Positions 11,008 to 30,431 of a stretch of DNA of 64,000 nucleotides are shown here, one piece after another. This DNA is from Zygnema circumcarinatum SAG 698-1b (lineage: Eukaryota; Plantae; Zygnematophyceae). Position numbers and translations under genes: made by a program. Location: positions 890,297 to 954,296 of the forward strand of contig CM074819.1 of NCBI GenBank assembly GCA_037447605.1, given 5' to 3'. The number at the start of each line of letters is the position of its first letter. Position 1 is the stretch's first letter. The notes beneath the pieces were generated by a model that saw only the letters and a list, made by a program, of their open reading frames with translations, was not told the origin of the DNA and did no database searches.

Positions 11008-12567
11008 ATGGCTTCCTCTCTCTCGCCCATGGACGAGCTTTCCGACGAGTTCTTCCTCCTCATATTCTCGTCCCTCTCCCTCCCCCGCGACCAGGCCTCC
11101 GCCTCCTCCGTCTGCAGGCGATGGTGCCGCCTCATGGGAGAGATGATATTAGGGTTGCATGTGCGCCTGCGACACCACCACAGCCAGCAGCAACATCATC
11201 CGCACCATCTGCAACATCATCTGCAAGGAGGTCTGCACACTGCGGAACAGTGGCAGCGGCTGATGCAGCGCTTCCCCAACATCACTTCCTTCCGTTGCGG
11301 AGAAATGATGTCGCCGATGTCGCAGCTAACTCACGCTCTTTCCCGCTCTCGCTCGTCCTCTCCCGCTCTCTCCTCTCCCGCAGCTTTCTCTCTTCCCATG
11401 GCTCTGTTGGCGGAAACTTACCCTAATCTGCATACCTTAGGGCTCGCCAACTGTACAGGATGGTCGGACAAGGAAATCGTCAGCACTTTGAAAATACTGG
11501 CGGCGGCTAATATTAGGTTAAAGCGTCTGGAACTATGGTTTTGGTCAGGCGTAACGAACCAAACCGCAGAAGCTATTGGCGCCACGTGTCCCTCTCTCAC
11601 GCACCTTCACGTGTCAGGAACTCACTTCACCAATCAGGGCCTTCTTGAAATTGCGCAGAAGTGTGTGAAGATCGAGAATCTTGTCCTTGATGGGCTTTTG
11701 AGCGCAACAGGCGGCGGAATCATAGCAATGGCGAGGGGGTATGTGATGAAGGGAGGGCTCTTGAACTTTAAAGCATGCGGATTAGAGAGGTCGACTGATC
11801 TCATATATGCGATGATGGGAGAGAGGAACAGCTTTCGGTTGAGGCAGCTGTGTTTGGAAGGGAGCGGGCAGCCGTTGGATGTTGACGCTTTAGCTTCCCT
11901 TGCAGAAGAATGCCCATTTCTCGAATACTTAAATCTGAGGGATTCACGACTCGCGCAGCCTCTCAGAAAGGAGACTTTTAGGTCTTCATTCTCTCATTTA
12001 AGGAGCCTCTTCATGCCCAGGGACTGTTGCTCTCAAGGAAATTTGAAGCTTTTTACAGCTCAGACCCCGAACCTCACCGCGCTTTATATAGTGGGGCAGG
12101 ACTTCCCGTACACATTCAATTGCGGCTTGTGTGATTGGGAAATTGCGGGTCTTGCTGCCACGTGTCCTCTTCTGGAGGTTCTTTACATGCGCGTTAATCA
12201 TAAGGAGTTTACAGGAAAGGGATTCAAGGCAGGGTTCAGGTTTCTCGCCCGCTTATCTATGTGGGGCACTTTTGGAGTTAATAATGATGGGCTGGAAGCC
12301 ATAGCTTTTGGGTGCCCGAAACTTAAGAGCTTGACAGTTTCGCAGTCGATGCCTATCACTGTGGAGGGTCTCAGAGCAGCCATTGCTGAATGTAAGAGCT
12401 TGGAGGAGATTACTGTGGCAGGGAGCATCTTGAGTAGGAGTAACTGGGCGAGAGCTGTAGAGGGGACTTCTGTCTCTCTCAGCACTACTCCTCCCTCTGA
12501 GTGGTCAAGGGACTTTGCTGTAAATGCGAAGGGAGAGCTCGATTCCGATTGGGAGATTATACGGTAG
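11008..12567 (+). CDS. Intronless F-box/leucine-rich-repeat protein (519 aa) with a His/Gln-rich insert
   Basis: N-terminal F-box (DELSDEFFLLIFSSLSLPRDQASASSVCRRWCRL); repeated cysteine-containing LRR units (TCPSLTHLHV, ECPFLEYLNL, TCPLLEVLYM, GCPKLKSLTV); single ATG-to-TAG ORF. Confidence 0.9.
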   Translation: MASSLSPMDELSDEFFLLIFSSLSLPRDQASASSVCRRWCRLMGEMILGLHVRLRHHHSQQQHHPHHLQHHLQGGLHTAEQWQRLMQRFPNITSFRCGEMMSPMSQLTHALSRSRSSSPALSSPAAFSLPMALLAETYPNLHTLGLANCTGWSDKEIVSTLKILAAANIRLKRLELWFWSGVTNQTAEAIGATCPSLTHLHVSGTHFTNQGLLEIAQKCVKIENLVLDGLLSATGGGIIAMARGYVMKGGLLNFKACGLERSTDLIYAMMGERNSFRLRQLCLEGSGQPLDVDALASLAEECPFLEYLNLRDSRLAQPLRKETFRSSFSHLRSLFMPRDCCSQGNLKLFTAQTPNLTALYIVGQDFPYTFNCGLCDWEIAGLAATCPLLEVLYMRVNHKEFTGKGFKAGFRFLARLSMWGTFGVNNDGLEAIAFGCPKLKSLTVSQSMPITVEGLRAAIAECKSLEEITVAGSILSRSNWARAVEGTSVSLSTTPPSEWSRDFAVNAKGELDSDWEIIR

Positions 12568-13065
12568 GAAGGGAGGAGGGGATTAGGGTTGCGGGAGAGA
12601 GTGTAAATATGTAGCAATGTCTTCTCTCCCATCTCATTCTTGGATGGAGCCTTTCCTAGAAGGACTTAATTGAAGGGAGATTCGTCAGCTCTGTATGGGA
12701 GGTTCTAGGGACGCTCAAGGAAATGCAGAATTTAGGGTTTCTGAGGGGGTTGTAGGCATTAGGGTTCGGGGTGTCAAAGTATATGACTTCTGAAAAGAAG
12801 CACAATAAGAAGCAAGCTGTGGAGCACTTCTTCTGTCTCTGCACTTGGAAAAATGATGGGGGAGAGGCGGTTTTGTGGCCGGTTGTACGGCTGCCTGTGT
12901 TGTATGTTGGAGAGCAAATAAAGCATGCTGTTAAGAAAATCCTCCCGAACATTTTTGGCAAGAAACTTGACAAATATAAAATGACTGTTTTTATGTGATA
13001 TTGGTTTGTTTTGATTCGACTAATTGTTTGTGAGACGGCATTGGTCGGGTCTTGACTTTCTATAG

Positions 13066-13356
13066 CCTGAACCCTACTGCTTGAAACCCCTGAACCCTAA
13101 TCACTTAACCCTGAACCCTAATCCCTGCACCCTGAAACCTATTTATTGAACCCTGAACCTTATTACTGGCCCTGAACCTTAATCGCTCAACCTTGAACCC
13201 TGACCCCTCTGTTCCCTAACCACTGAACCCTGAACCCTACTCTGAGCCCTAATCACTGAACCCTGTGCCTTGAACTCTCATCCCTGAACCTGAACTCTGA
13301 ACCCTGAATCCGAAACCCTGAACCCTAATTTCTAAACCCTGAACTTGAACCCTGAG
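13066..13356 (+). repeat. Degenerate interstitial telomere-like array (CCCTGAA/CCCTAA variants)
   Basis: Many AACCCTGAACCCT units. A shorter opposite-strand AGGGTT/TTCAAG-rich stretch lies at about 13500-13560. Confidence 0.8.
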
Positions 13357-13970
13357 CTTTGCAGCGAAGTCCCGACCAAGTTTTAGGTTTAACATTGCTG
13401 AGATTTCGGTCGTCAGTGCCTGGACGGATAGCATGGAAAACGGGATACAGTACTGCTTTGCTGTGGAATGGTAAGGTTTGCAACTGATAGACCTGTTCAT
13501 GGATCAGGGCTTGAGATTCGCGATTAAGGGTTAAGGATTCAAGAATTCAAGAGTTTAGTTTTGGTCTTCATCGTTGAACACGAGCACAGCGGAAAAGCAA
13601 AAGCAAAAGCAAAGGACGAACAAAGCAGGCAAAGCCTTCCCCATCTATCTTAATAATTTCCAGAAAGCCCAAACTTGCTCACAAAAACTCGTATCGGATT
13701 CACAGTAGTAAGGAACAAAAGGAAGCCCAGTCTTTATCCGACGCCAACAAAAAGAAATTTGCTTCAAAATTTGTGTTGGTTACAAAAGCCGCTGGTTTCC
13801 CTCTACAAAGCCCTAACACGCAGAAGCCCCGACACTTGTTCCGGTAACAAGTTTGTGTACAGGACCCCCCTCCCTCTCTCTCCCTCTCACTTCCTCTCTC
13901 TCCCTCTCTCTTCCTCTCTCTCCCTCTCTCTCCCTCTCTCTTCCTCTCTCTCCCTTCTCTCCCCCCTCTC

Positions 13971-21487
<7,517 letters not shown>

Positions 21488-21839
21488 GGCGCCACTGACC
21501 TGCTGAAGAAGAAGGGGAGGAAGGCAAGGGCAGAGAGCCAAGGAGCTTGCAGAAGCCTACGGCTAATACTTCACAGCTTTTCAGAGAAAACAACTGTGGG
21601 AGGACACTTCACAGGTCAGAAAAAAAAAAAAAAAAAACTACTGTAAGGGTTAGGTTTAGTATTAGGCTTAGGGTTGAGATTAGACTTTGGGATAAGGGTA
21701 AGGGTTGGAATTAGGGTTAGAATTCGGCTTAGAATTAGGATTAGGGTTGAGCAGGGAGAAAAGCTCGCGGAACGCGGAGGGCCATTCCCGCCAACGAAGT
21801 TTCAAAAACTCCGACTTTCGAATCCAGCTGCTTCACAGC

Positions 21840-22200
21840 CATATCCCGATATTATCTCGATATATAATATATCCTCTTTACCCGATACGAGCGATACGAT
21901 CTGGAAATTTCCGAATGGCCGCACTAAGGTTACAAATTACGCACCACCTAAAGGACAAAAGGTGGTGCATCAATCGGACATGACATGCCGTACAGTGGTT
22001 GGGAGTTCGTCCGTACGAGATGCTGTCGTACAGTACGATAGGGTACGAGCAGACTTGAATCTGAACCGTCCGATCTGCGGAATGGCCGCCAAGATGGTCG
22101 GGATGAGTGACACGTGGCATCCAGTTATTTTAAGTTCGGGCGCTCGCTCTCCGCCGTCCGATCAACCTCCAGATCGACCACCTGCAGGGAAACACGTGGC
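21840..22200 (-). promoter_or_regulatory. Nup93 upstream region: CGATAT block, GTAC cluster, hairpin and two G-box cores
   Basis: CGATAT/CGATAC repeats at 21840-21900; stem GCACCACCT/AGGTGGTGC at 21941-21968; five GTAC cores at 21989-22047; ACACGTGGC at about 22110 and 22192. Confidence 0.55.
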
Positions 22201-22716
22201 GTTCCGTGTTCGGAGTTGACGGTCACGGGGACGGCATTTTTGCCTATCGCAGGACGTGCGCTCGTGCCAATGGTTGCCGCCGCTGCCCGCCGTTGATTGC
22301 CAATGATTGCAACCATTGCTTAATTGACCTATCAACCATTGGTGGACTTGCCGCACACTGAACGGCTAACTGAACTCTGTAAAGGATATGAGAGAGCTGA
22401 AAAACACAAGCAGGAACAGCAACAGTAACGAAGAATATATGTGGGGGGTTTGGGGGGGGGGGGCTTAACATGGAACTCCCCACATCCCCCGTTTTCCTGC
22501 CCATTCCCACTCTTAAAAAGGCAGCCAAATGCCATAACTGCATCTTCACTAGGGCAAAGGTTGAGGGTGAAGGAAACACAACCCTCTAAGCACCCTTCTC
22601 TTGTTCCCCTTATCCTGTCAGCCCATGCCCCCCTGCTTCTTCCTCAGTCTGCTATAACAGACGCTGCTTAACCTAACTGAACTAAACTGCTTTTTGCAGT
22701 TTAATCACAAAACACT

Positions 22717-25700
22717 TTACATTCTTCTGCTGAGGAAAAACTCATAGTCTGAATGGCTCTGAGGGGGTCCACTGACATTGGCTCTATTGAGAGCCTCTGA
22801 AGGTGGGCCCCTCGCCATTACAGCAGCCGCTGCTTCTAAAGCCTTCAGCTCCCTCCCTGAAACGGCTTCCAAGTTAGCAGCACTCGTCTTCTCATTCCTC
22901 AAAGTAAACCACTGCTCCCCCTGATAAAGTAAAACATAGAATAGATTCGTCAGACATCCACGCAAGCAATGAGCCCAGCGGACTGTGAAATCACTAACAA
23001 CAGAGAAGTTCCAACATGAGAGAAGTTTGGAAAGAGATTAGAAGGGGAGAAGGGAAGGGAAGGGAAGGGAGGGGGTTCAGCTCACTTGTGCGTTGTACCA
23101 TTGGAGACCCACAACCGGCCATGATAGGAGGTCTCCTCCTCCTCTCACCCAATGTCCCAATACATGGAAGGTGAGGAAAACTGCTCGGAGAGGTCCCTCT
23201 GCGATTCGATAGATAGGATACCAAGCCACAGCAAACCTGCAAAATCAAGCAGATGATCCGCCGGCTGTCAAGCAGATTCACGTTGTATTGCTCTATTCCC
23301 ACGAATCACCAAACCAAGCATCCAATCAACAGAAAAAAGAGGAAAGAATTGTCAGGACAAAGTACAGGTGAGTGGATCTTTAAGATTTCTGCAATTTTAG
23401 GGTTAAGATGATGGATGGATGAATCTCCCAAGGGTTACCATGATGATGAATTTTAGGGTTAAGATGATGGATGGATGAATCTCCCAAGGGTTACCATGAT
23501 GATGAATTTTAGGGTTAAGATGATGGATGGATGAATCTCCCAAGGGTTACCATGATGATAAATTTTAGGGTTAAGATGATGGATGGATGAATCTCCCAAG
23601 GGTTACCATGATGATAAATTTTAGGGTTAAGATGATGGATGGATGAATCTCCCAAGGGTTACCATGATGATAAATTTTAGGGTTAAGATGATGGATGAAT
23701 GAATCTCCCAAGGGTTACCATGATGATAAATTTTAGGGTTAAGATGATGGATGGATGAATCTCCCAAGGGTTACCATGATGATAAATTTTAGGGGGTTAC
23801 CATGATGATAAGTTTTAGGGTTAAGATGATGGATGAATGAATCTCCCAAGGGTTACCATGATGATAAATTTTAGGGTTAAGATGATGGATGAATGAATCT
23901 CCCAAGGGTTACCATGATGATGGATGAAGGTCTCCCAACCGAGCATTCAGCAATGCAGCTGCGCTTCCCTGCCCTTTAGAGCCATCCTGTTGCTCCTTCA
24001 CCAGCGCTTGCACTCTATAACAGAAAAAACCAATGGTTGCAAGTTCAACAAGCAGATTCAGAATCTGAAGGGATAAACAAAACTCGGGACCTGATGGTCC
24101 TGATATTTTTCAATCTTTTCACTGTTTACGTTGTTTGGAGGGAGTTTATTAGTGGTTTCAAGGACACATAAGCAGTAAAATCAATACAGCCGGAGGCTAG
24201 AGATAAAACGTTTCAGGAATTTTACCGCTGAAGCAAAGGCAAGCGTTGTTGGGGTGGCTCCACTTCAAAGAACTCATAAAGTAAAGAAGGAAAGCCTTTT
24301 TCACAGCGAGCTGTTCCTTGTGAGCTGAGCATAGAAACTGCCGTTTCTCCGATTCGCTCTTGTTGGATACTTTGTTGCCATCGCTCCTCTTTATTCAAAT
24401 CAAAATGTTCCAAGGAGCCGGACAGGGGTAGCAAAGCAGCCATGATCTCCTTTGATGGTAAGCCTCCTCCATAAAGGGAATTTCTGGAGTTAGAACCGGT
24501 ATTGGACTTAAGTCTGAATGGACCTGAGTTCACTTGTGAATTGGTGGAACTGAAACTGTGCGCTGACGTTGGGGTTCCATGTAGGTGCCCAGACTCCATG
24601 CATTGTGCTCTATGTACCTGAAACAACTGAACTGCTGACAGAAACGGAACAAAGTATGCATGTACCGCCACATCGTTTCGCCGCGAATCATTTGTTCTCA
24701 CTCCCAAACCGTACATGCTGGGCTCCTCATACCACTTCCAAAGTGCTCCTAGTCGGAAATCATCATCAGCAGTTGTCCCCCTTTCCCTATCTTCACTCCA
24801 AACATGAGATGGAGAGCTCTCGTCTAATGAAGATTTACGTGAGCAATTCTGTAGGGATGGCATGACTGCTGCCAAAACTCTCTCATATTCCGCTAAAGGC
24901 TCACCCAAGCTTGCAGCTGCAGCAGCCGCATCTTCAGAAGCCCTAAATGAGGACTTTACCACTTCTAAAATTGCTGCTGCCTTCATCTCCACAAGATTCT
25001 TTTCTGAAGTTTCAGACACATAGGCTTCACTACTCGAGGACTGGGAAGCTTCTGAGAATTGAGCTTGCATTCTAGAGTCCACAAAGATAGGTTTTTCTCC
25101 AACCTCTGCAGGGCTGCTGTGTTCCGAACGCAATTCTTGCTCTGATATTGGGTCCATCTGCTTCTGAGCTTGATCTATCTGCTCCCTACTGCTGACTGCG
25201 TTTTCCTGCTCAGTTTGGGAAGCGAAATCCTCTCTAACGCTGATTAACTTGGACTTAGTTGAGGTCACTGTGGATGGAATCGACCCCAAATTTACAGACA
25301 TTTTCTGAGAAGCAGGCAGAGAAGGTTCTGAAGCTTGTCGAAAGTTGCTATTCGAGTTGGCGGTAGTCGGATGGCTGCCAGTTATAGGAGTCTTCCCTAT
25401 TCCCTTTTCAAAACTACTTGAATTTGCGGCTTCGAATTCCGGCAAAGGTTTCTGTTTATACAAGGAAGGGGAAGCATCAATGTGCAGATTAGACCCACTT
25501 GGAAGAGGAAACCCGTTCCGTTGTTCGGGTTGTGATAGCAGCCAACGAACAGGAGGGGCTTTTCCAGAATTCGATCCACCAGCTCTATGGCCCTCTCCCT
25601 CTCTCCCTCCTCTCTGAACAAAAGGCCTCCCCTCACTGTTGCTACCTCTGCTGCTTGAGCTTTCACTGACAACACATTGGCTAATATTAGGAAGGCCATT

Positions 25701-27912
25701 ACTCGTGGGGCCTGCAAATGAAGGACCTGCAGCAATATGGAGAGGCTGACTAGTAGCTCTATATGCTCCAAAATCATCTGAGCTTTGCCAGTGCCTCTCC
25801 TTTGGAACCGAAACTGAGAGACCGAGAAGCCCAACTGTACCCTCATTTAGGTGGCTGCTTGTAGTTGCAGGCGCCTGCAATAAAGGAGGATTGAATGTCC
25901 AATACACATCTGCAGCAGGAAAGTCCACACCTTCAACCGCAACAATGTTTCCTTGAACCTCACTGTTCCTTCCTTCTTCCACCTTCGTATGAGCCTTGGC
26001 ATTTCCCTCCTTGGTAACAGTATATTGGATCCTATCTAAAGAACCACTCCTTGCTAGAGCACCCGAAGAGGCACTACTTTCTCTCCCACCTTCCCATCTC
26101 GCTCTCCCACCATTATCTCCCCTGCTGTTACCCCTTGAAACTTCTCCATTCGTGACTTCCCCAGCTGGAGAAGCTCCTACAGGATGCTCTCTACCATCCC
26201 TTCCCTCACTTCCTGCAATGGACCCCACACCCCACGGCCGTGCTACATTTTGAAGCGTTCCGACAGCCAATGCTCTCCCGCCGTATCGGCGCCCTGCATT
26301 GTGTCTCAACCTTACCTGCTCCAATGTAGTTGTACCTGGCAGTAATAGCAAAGCCCTCTTGGGTGGTATGCTTTCCTTACTGCCCCCACCCCTCCTATGT
26401 GAACCGCTATGACCCTGCAACCACCCACTCGACCCATTTGAATGTCCTACTTTTTCACATTCATCCCCTTCATCGGAGCCATCCGAACTTTCATCTCGGA
26501 GAATTGAGCCAGTCCATGGCCCTGAACTTTGGCTCCCTCTCCCACTCTTGTCTCCCCCACCGCCCCCACCTCTACCCCCACTCCCGGAGCTTCCTGAACC
26601 CCTGCTACTCCCACCACCTGAGCCACTCCCTCCACCTCCTCCACCTCCACTCCTTCCTGGCCCATTGCTTCCATCTCCTCTGCCACCCAAACCTCTCCCT
26701 GCCCCTTGGCCCCCACTACTATTACTACTCTCTCCTCTCCCAGCAGCTCCTCCCCCACTCGCTCGCCTGCTAACCTCTCCTGCTGTTGCGGCTAAGGCAG
26801 CCAGACCCCCAGTCGCTTTTTGCTTGGATTTACGTGCATTAAGAAACTCAATATCTCCAAAAATATGAGCCCCATTCGCTTGTACCTCCCCCGTGCTGGC
26901 CCTTTCATCGTCATTCAATGTTTCCGAGAAAAACTTATCTGTACATGTTTCAATCTCCTCGTTCAATTCCGCCCCGACTCCTTTACTTTTTTCCTGACCT
27001 TCCCCGGGGAGCTTCACTGTGCCATCCTCTGTTCGTACTTGCATTCTCCTGTCTGCAAGCCTGTCACTGTGGGTGCGTGCAGGATCACCCAAAAGACCTT
27101 CCCTTTTCGCTATATCACTTCCAGCAACCAGCCTCCGTTGTGGTCTAAAAACGTCTTTAAAGTCACCTTTACCATAAGGCTTACCTCCATTCCCTTGTCC
27201 ATCCTCATCTCCACTGCCTGCACCATCTTCAGCAAGCAGAGGAGCAATGCTTCCAGACCTCTGAAGCAGAGGACCTTCATCTGATACACAGCCATTTGGC
27301 TGTTCTGAGTGAGAATTAACCAATCCTGCATCCCTGCATGTATGCAACCTGCTATTATCTATAGTACCAACACTACTACATTCTACTGACTTATTCTCTG
27401 CAGTGTCCCCTCCGTTCACTATACCTTCCGCACTATTGCTTGCTTTCCGCTTCTGTTTGATTTTCTGCTTTTTGGCCTTTCTCTTATCCTTCTTGCTTTG
27501 AGTACTTTTTCTAGCCTGAGCACCCTCCTCGGTTTCCCTTGCTAAACCAACATCTGTGGGATCACTTGGGGAACCACCATCCGGAGAAACGGCCCTTTCA
27601 GCAGAGGGCGAATCAACTATCTGAGTGGAGAGAGAGGAGGAAGGAGGGCTTGCATGAATAGGGTTAAGGCTGGGAATGGAAGTACGTGGATAACGAGACT
27701 GATTCATAACAGACCGCATTCCAATACAGGAGGCTGGGGAAGCTGATGAATCTGATAGCCAATCTGGTCCTTTTGAAAAACGCGGATTAGCAGCCCCTCC
27801 TCCTGAACGAGGTTGTGAAATTGACAAGGCGGAAGAAAGAAACCGTCTTGCCTTCGAATCAGCTGTGGGGGCGTTGTTGATGGGTATAGTTATGACTGTG
27901 AGGACAAGACAT
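22717..27912 (-). CDS. Long-form DUF789-family protein: large Ser/Gly-rich disordered exon plus C-terminal DUF789 domain
   Basis: Exons 27912-24226 (LGALWKWYEEPSMYGLGV, AYFVPFLSAVQLF, LLYEFFEVEPPQQRLPL), 24014-23913 (GDLHPSSW), 23236-23086 (FAVAWYPIYRI...FLTFHVLGH...PVVGLQWYNAQ), 22920-22717 (GEQWF...SHSDYEFFLSRRM*); GT-AG and in phase. Confidence 0.88.
23393..23930 (-). repeat. 56-bp tandem minisatellite containing copies of the DUF789 exon end and 5' splice donor
   Basis: + strand unit TTTTAGGGTTAAGATGATGGATGGATGAATCTCCCAAGGGTTACCATGATGATAAA (period 56, e.g. 23401 and 23457). GGTTACC occurs 10 times, one in a shortened unit; the last (about 23911) is the real donor CATG|GTAACC on the coding strand. 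Confidence 0.92.
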
Positions 27913-28346
27913 CTGCACGCAGAGTCACATAAAAAAAACTGTTGTCACTTTGAAATTCGAGCACATAATCGCCGGAGCTTTCGAAGAAAAGCAGCGAATA
28001 GAGACTATCTACAGACCGTTATGAAATGACTACGGTATTTGTCTAGCTAATCCAAAGGGATCGTCCTTGTTAACCCACCTCAGCCATGGAGGGTAGTCTT
28101 CCCCATTAACCACAGCGGTGAACTCTAGGCCTTGCTGCACCTCCCATCATCAGCAAAAAAAGCGTGACTGGTGCGAATCAGAATAAAAAAATGAATTCTA
28201 TTTCAGACGCCTATAGTTACTACTCGACCCCTACTACTGATAGTTGAACATGTGGTGATATCAATGCTGCTCCTGCAACCATGCCATTTTCAAATCCATC
28301 CAGTGATCTCATGAAATTGGGCATTTCCTACAATATGCTCATACAC

Positions 28347-30431
28347 CTGACAATAATCCGGAATGGCAACCCAGATGTCTGATTTGAAACAATGCCTCTT
28401 TCAAATCAGCTTCTTACGATTGGATCAATTTTCCAAAATAGTTGGCATGAAAAACGAGTCGGTGGTTGCAATCAAGTTGATGAGCTCTAGTTTATTACTC
28501 TGCCAGTGCTGCCTAATTGCTTATCCCTTCACATTAACCTGTGCAGTATACTTACGAAACTTGTTACGCCAGTTCTTAATATGTGAAATGAATTACTTAG
28601 CGGAACCAAGACAAGGCTTTAAACTGAACATAAATGTACCTTGCCACAGGGAATGCACAAGTCCTTAGAACCTATACCCATCCTCTGCAGATGGGCCATG
28701 CTCGCTTCATCATTTGAGAGGATGCCAACATTTTCTGACTTCATATCTGTTCCCGGCTTTAAGGAGGTTGAAGACTCCGCCGCTTTTGCCTGCCGCTGTT
28801 GATGGCTTCTTCGATATTCTGCCTGCAAAACAAAAATGCACAAGGTGCAGCTTTGCATATAATGCACGATAAGAAATAAGCTCGACAAATAGCAAGAGTC
28901 GTCGGGAAAAAGTGTTCACTGTTTGCTGCTGTGCTGAGACTTTTGTAGCGACCTCCCTCCCCGCCATATGAAATGAAAAAGGCTCTGAAAGGTTGCTGCC
29001 GTCGGTCTTTCCAAACAGATCTATGCGGAAGTCAGACTTGCAAAACTGGTCATCAATCTGCACAAAAGAGCGAGTCTTGTCAAAATTTCTAGCCGTAGGT
29101 CACCACTGCTTAAGTTAAGACTTAGGACCATAAACACATAGAAAACATGAAATCCTGCCAGAAACAGTGCAAATCGTACATAGTAGCTTGAGTAGCATAA
29201 ACGAACGTATGAGAAATTGGCTTTGCATCCGAGATTTAAAGCGAGAAATTGTTGTCTTCCTCACCGGAAGGCATAATGGGCTGGATGAGTTTGTAGTTGA
29301 AGCAAGACCGGATTTAACAGCGGTACCGTCTTGACGCCAAGCAGGTACCCAATGATCATATGCAAGATGATAGACCCGGCAAGGTACTGCAATAGCAGAA
29401 GTATGATATAAAAATTAACTAATGTTAACACAATGCATATTATACATATGAATACCCCTTCCTTTAATCGAACTAAACAGGTAATTCAACTTGTGTGGTG
29501 CCAGAGCCATTCAAGGTTGGGATTAACAGTGATGCTGCACATAAAATAGCATTCTGCTGCTTTGAATCAATCCTAATAGCTTATGTCAATATGTCATATG
29601 ATTGAAGACCACAAGAGTAAGAAAAAATTTACTTCCAAGTCGTTCTAGATGCCGAGCACTGTCACAACGAAGCTGCGGCTGCAGATCATGCTGCCCTTCT
29701 TCCAACTGGACCTGGACCATGTCGAGGAACGAACACATTCTCAGCCTGTCACGTTTTAAATGACAGGGGCAACAGGCAAAAGTTGCAGAAAAAATAGTGC
29801 AATTTAGTGAGCATGCAGGCCTTACCATTGGATGTTGAAGCTTCGCAATAATCTGCTCCCCTGACCTTAGCAGCGCCTGCCATGTAACGAGATCTTCAAG
29901 CAGGTCATCCTTTTGGTCTGTTAATGTTGACGCAGCCGAGGCCCCTGTAGGGCTTTCAGACCGCCCTGCAAATGTCAGGCGTTGCTGCTCTGTGGGAATG
30001 CCAACTTTTCCCTGCACGAATCATACAAGAATAACAACTACTATGAGCTGCTTAGCAAAATAAATACAGAAATAGACGGTGAGATGTGCAAATGTGTGTA
30101 TGCGTATGTTGTGTGCGTGGGTATGTGCTGTACATGTATGTGTGTGTGCGCACGTGAAAGAGCGCGCGCGAGAGAGAGAGAGAGAGAAGAAAGGGATACA
30201 TAAGCAAACTCCATACCTGCACTCTCCTCTTCGCTGTGCATATCGCCGCAGGATCCAGCAACACCTGGATCGATGACATCACATTCACCAGAACCTTCAG
30301 TGAGAGTACTCATCCATGCAGCGGCACTTCCAAGAATAAAAATAGGAAATGGCATCAAAAAGAATAAAGCCTTCAACCATTACCGTTGTCGAACCCTTCC
30401 TGGTGCTGCCGCGTTCAGCGCCACTAGCCAT
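28347..30431 (-). CDS. Upstream exons with a partial ubiquitin-like domain; probably the 5' part of the DUF789 gene
   Basis: ATG at 30431. Exons 30431-30384, 30294-30217, 30011-29826 (IQVLLDPAAICTAKRRVQ|GKVGIPTEQQRLTFAGR resembles ubiquitin [36 protein letters not shown]), 29711-29633, 29386-29265, 29057-28920, 28822-28640, 28378-28347. All GT-AG, with phases 0,0,0,1,0,0,0,2 that join exon 27912 in frame. Confidence 0.6.

Noticed and set aside
13066-13356. True chromosome end or telomere
   Set aside because: The repeats are highly degenerate and embedded between intact genes.
23393-23930. CRISPR-like repeat array
   Set aside because: Units are contiguous with no unique spacers, there are no cas genes, and the context is a eukaryotic intron.
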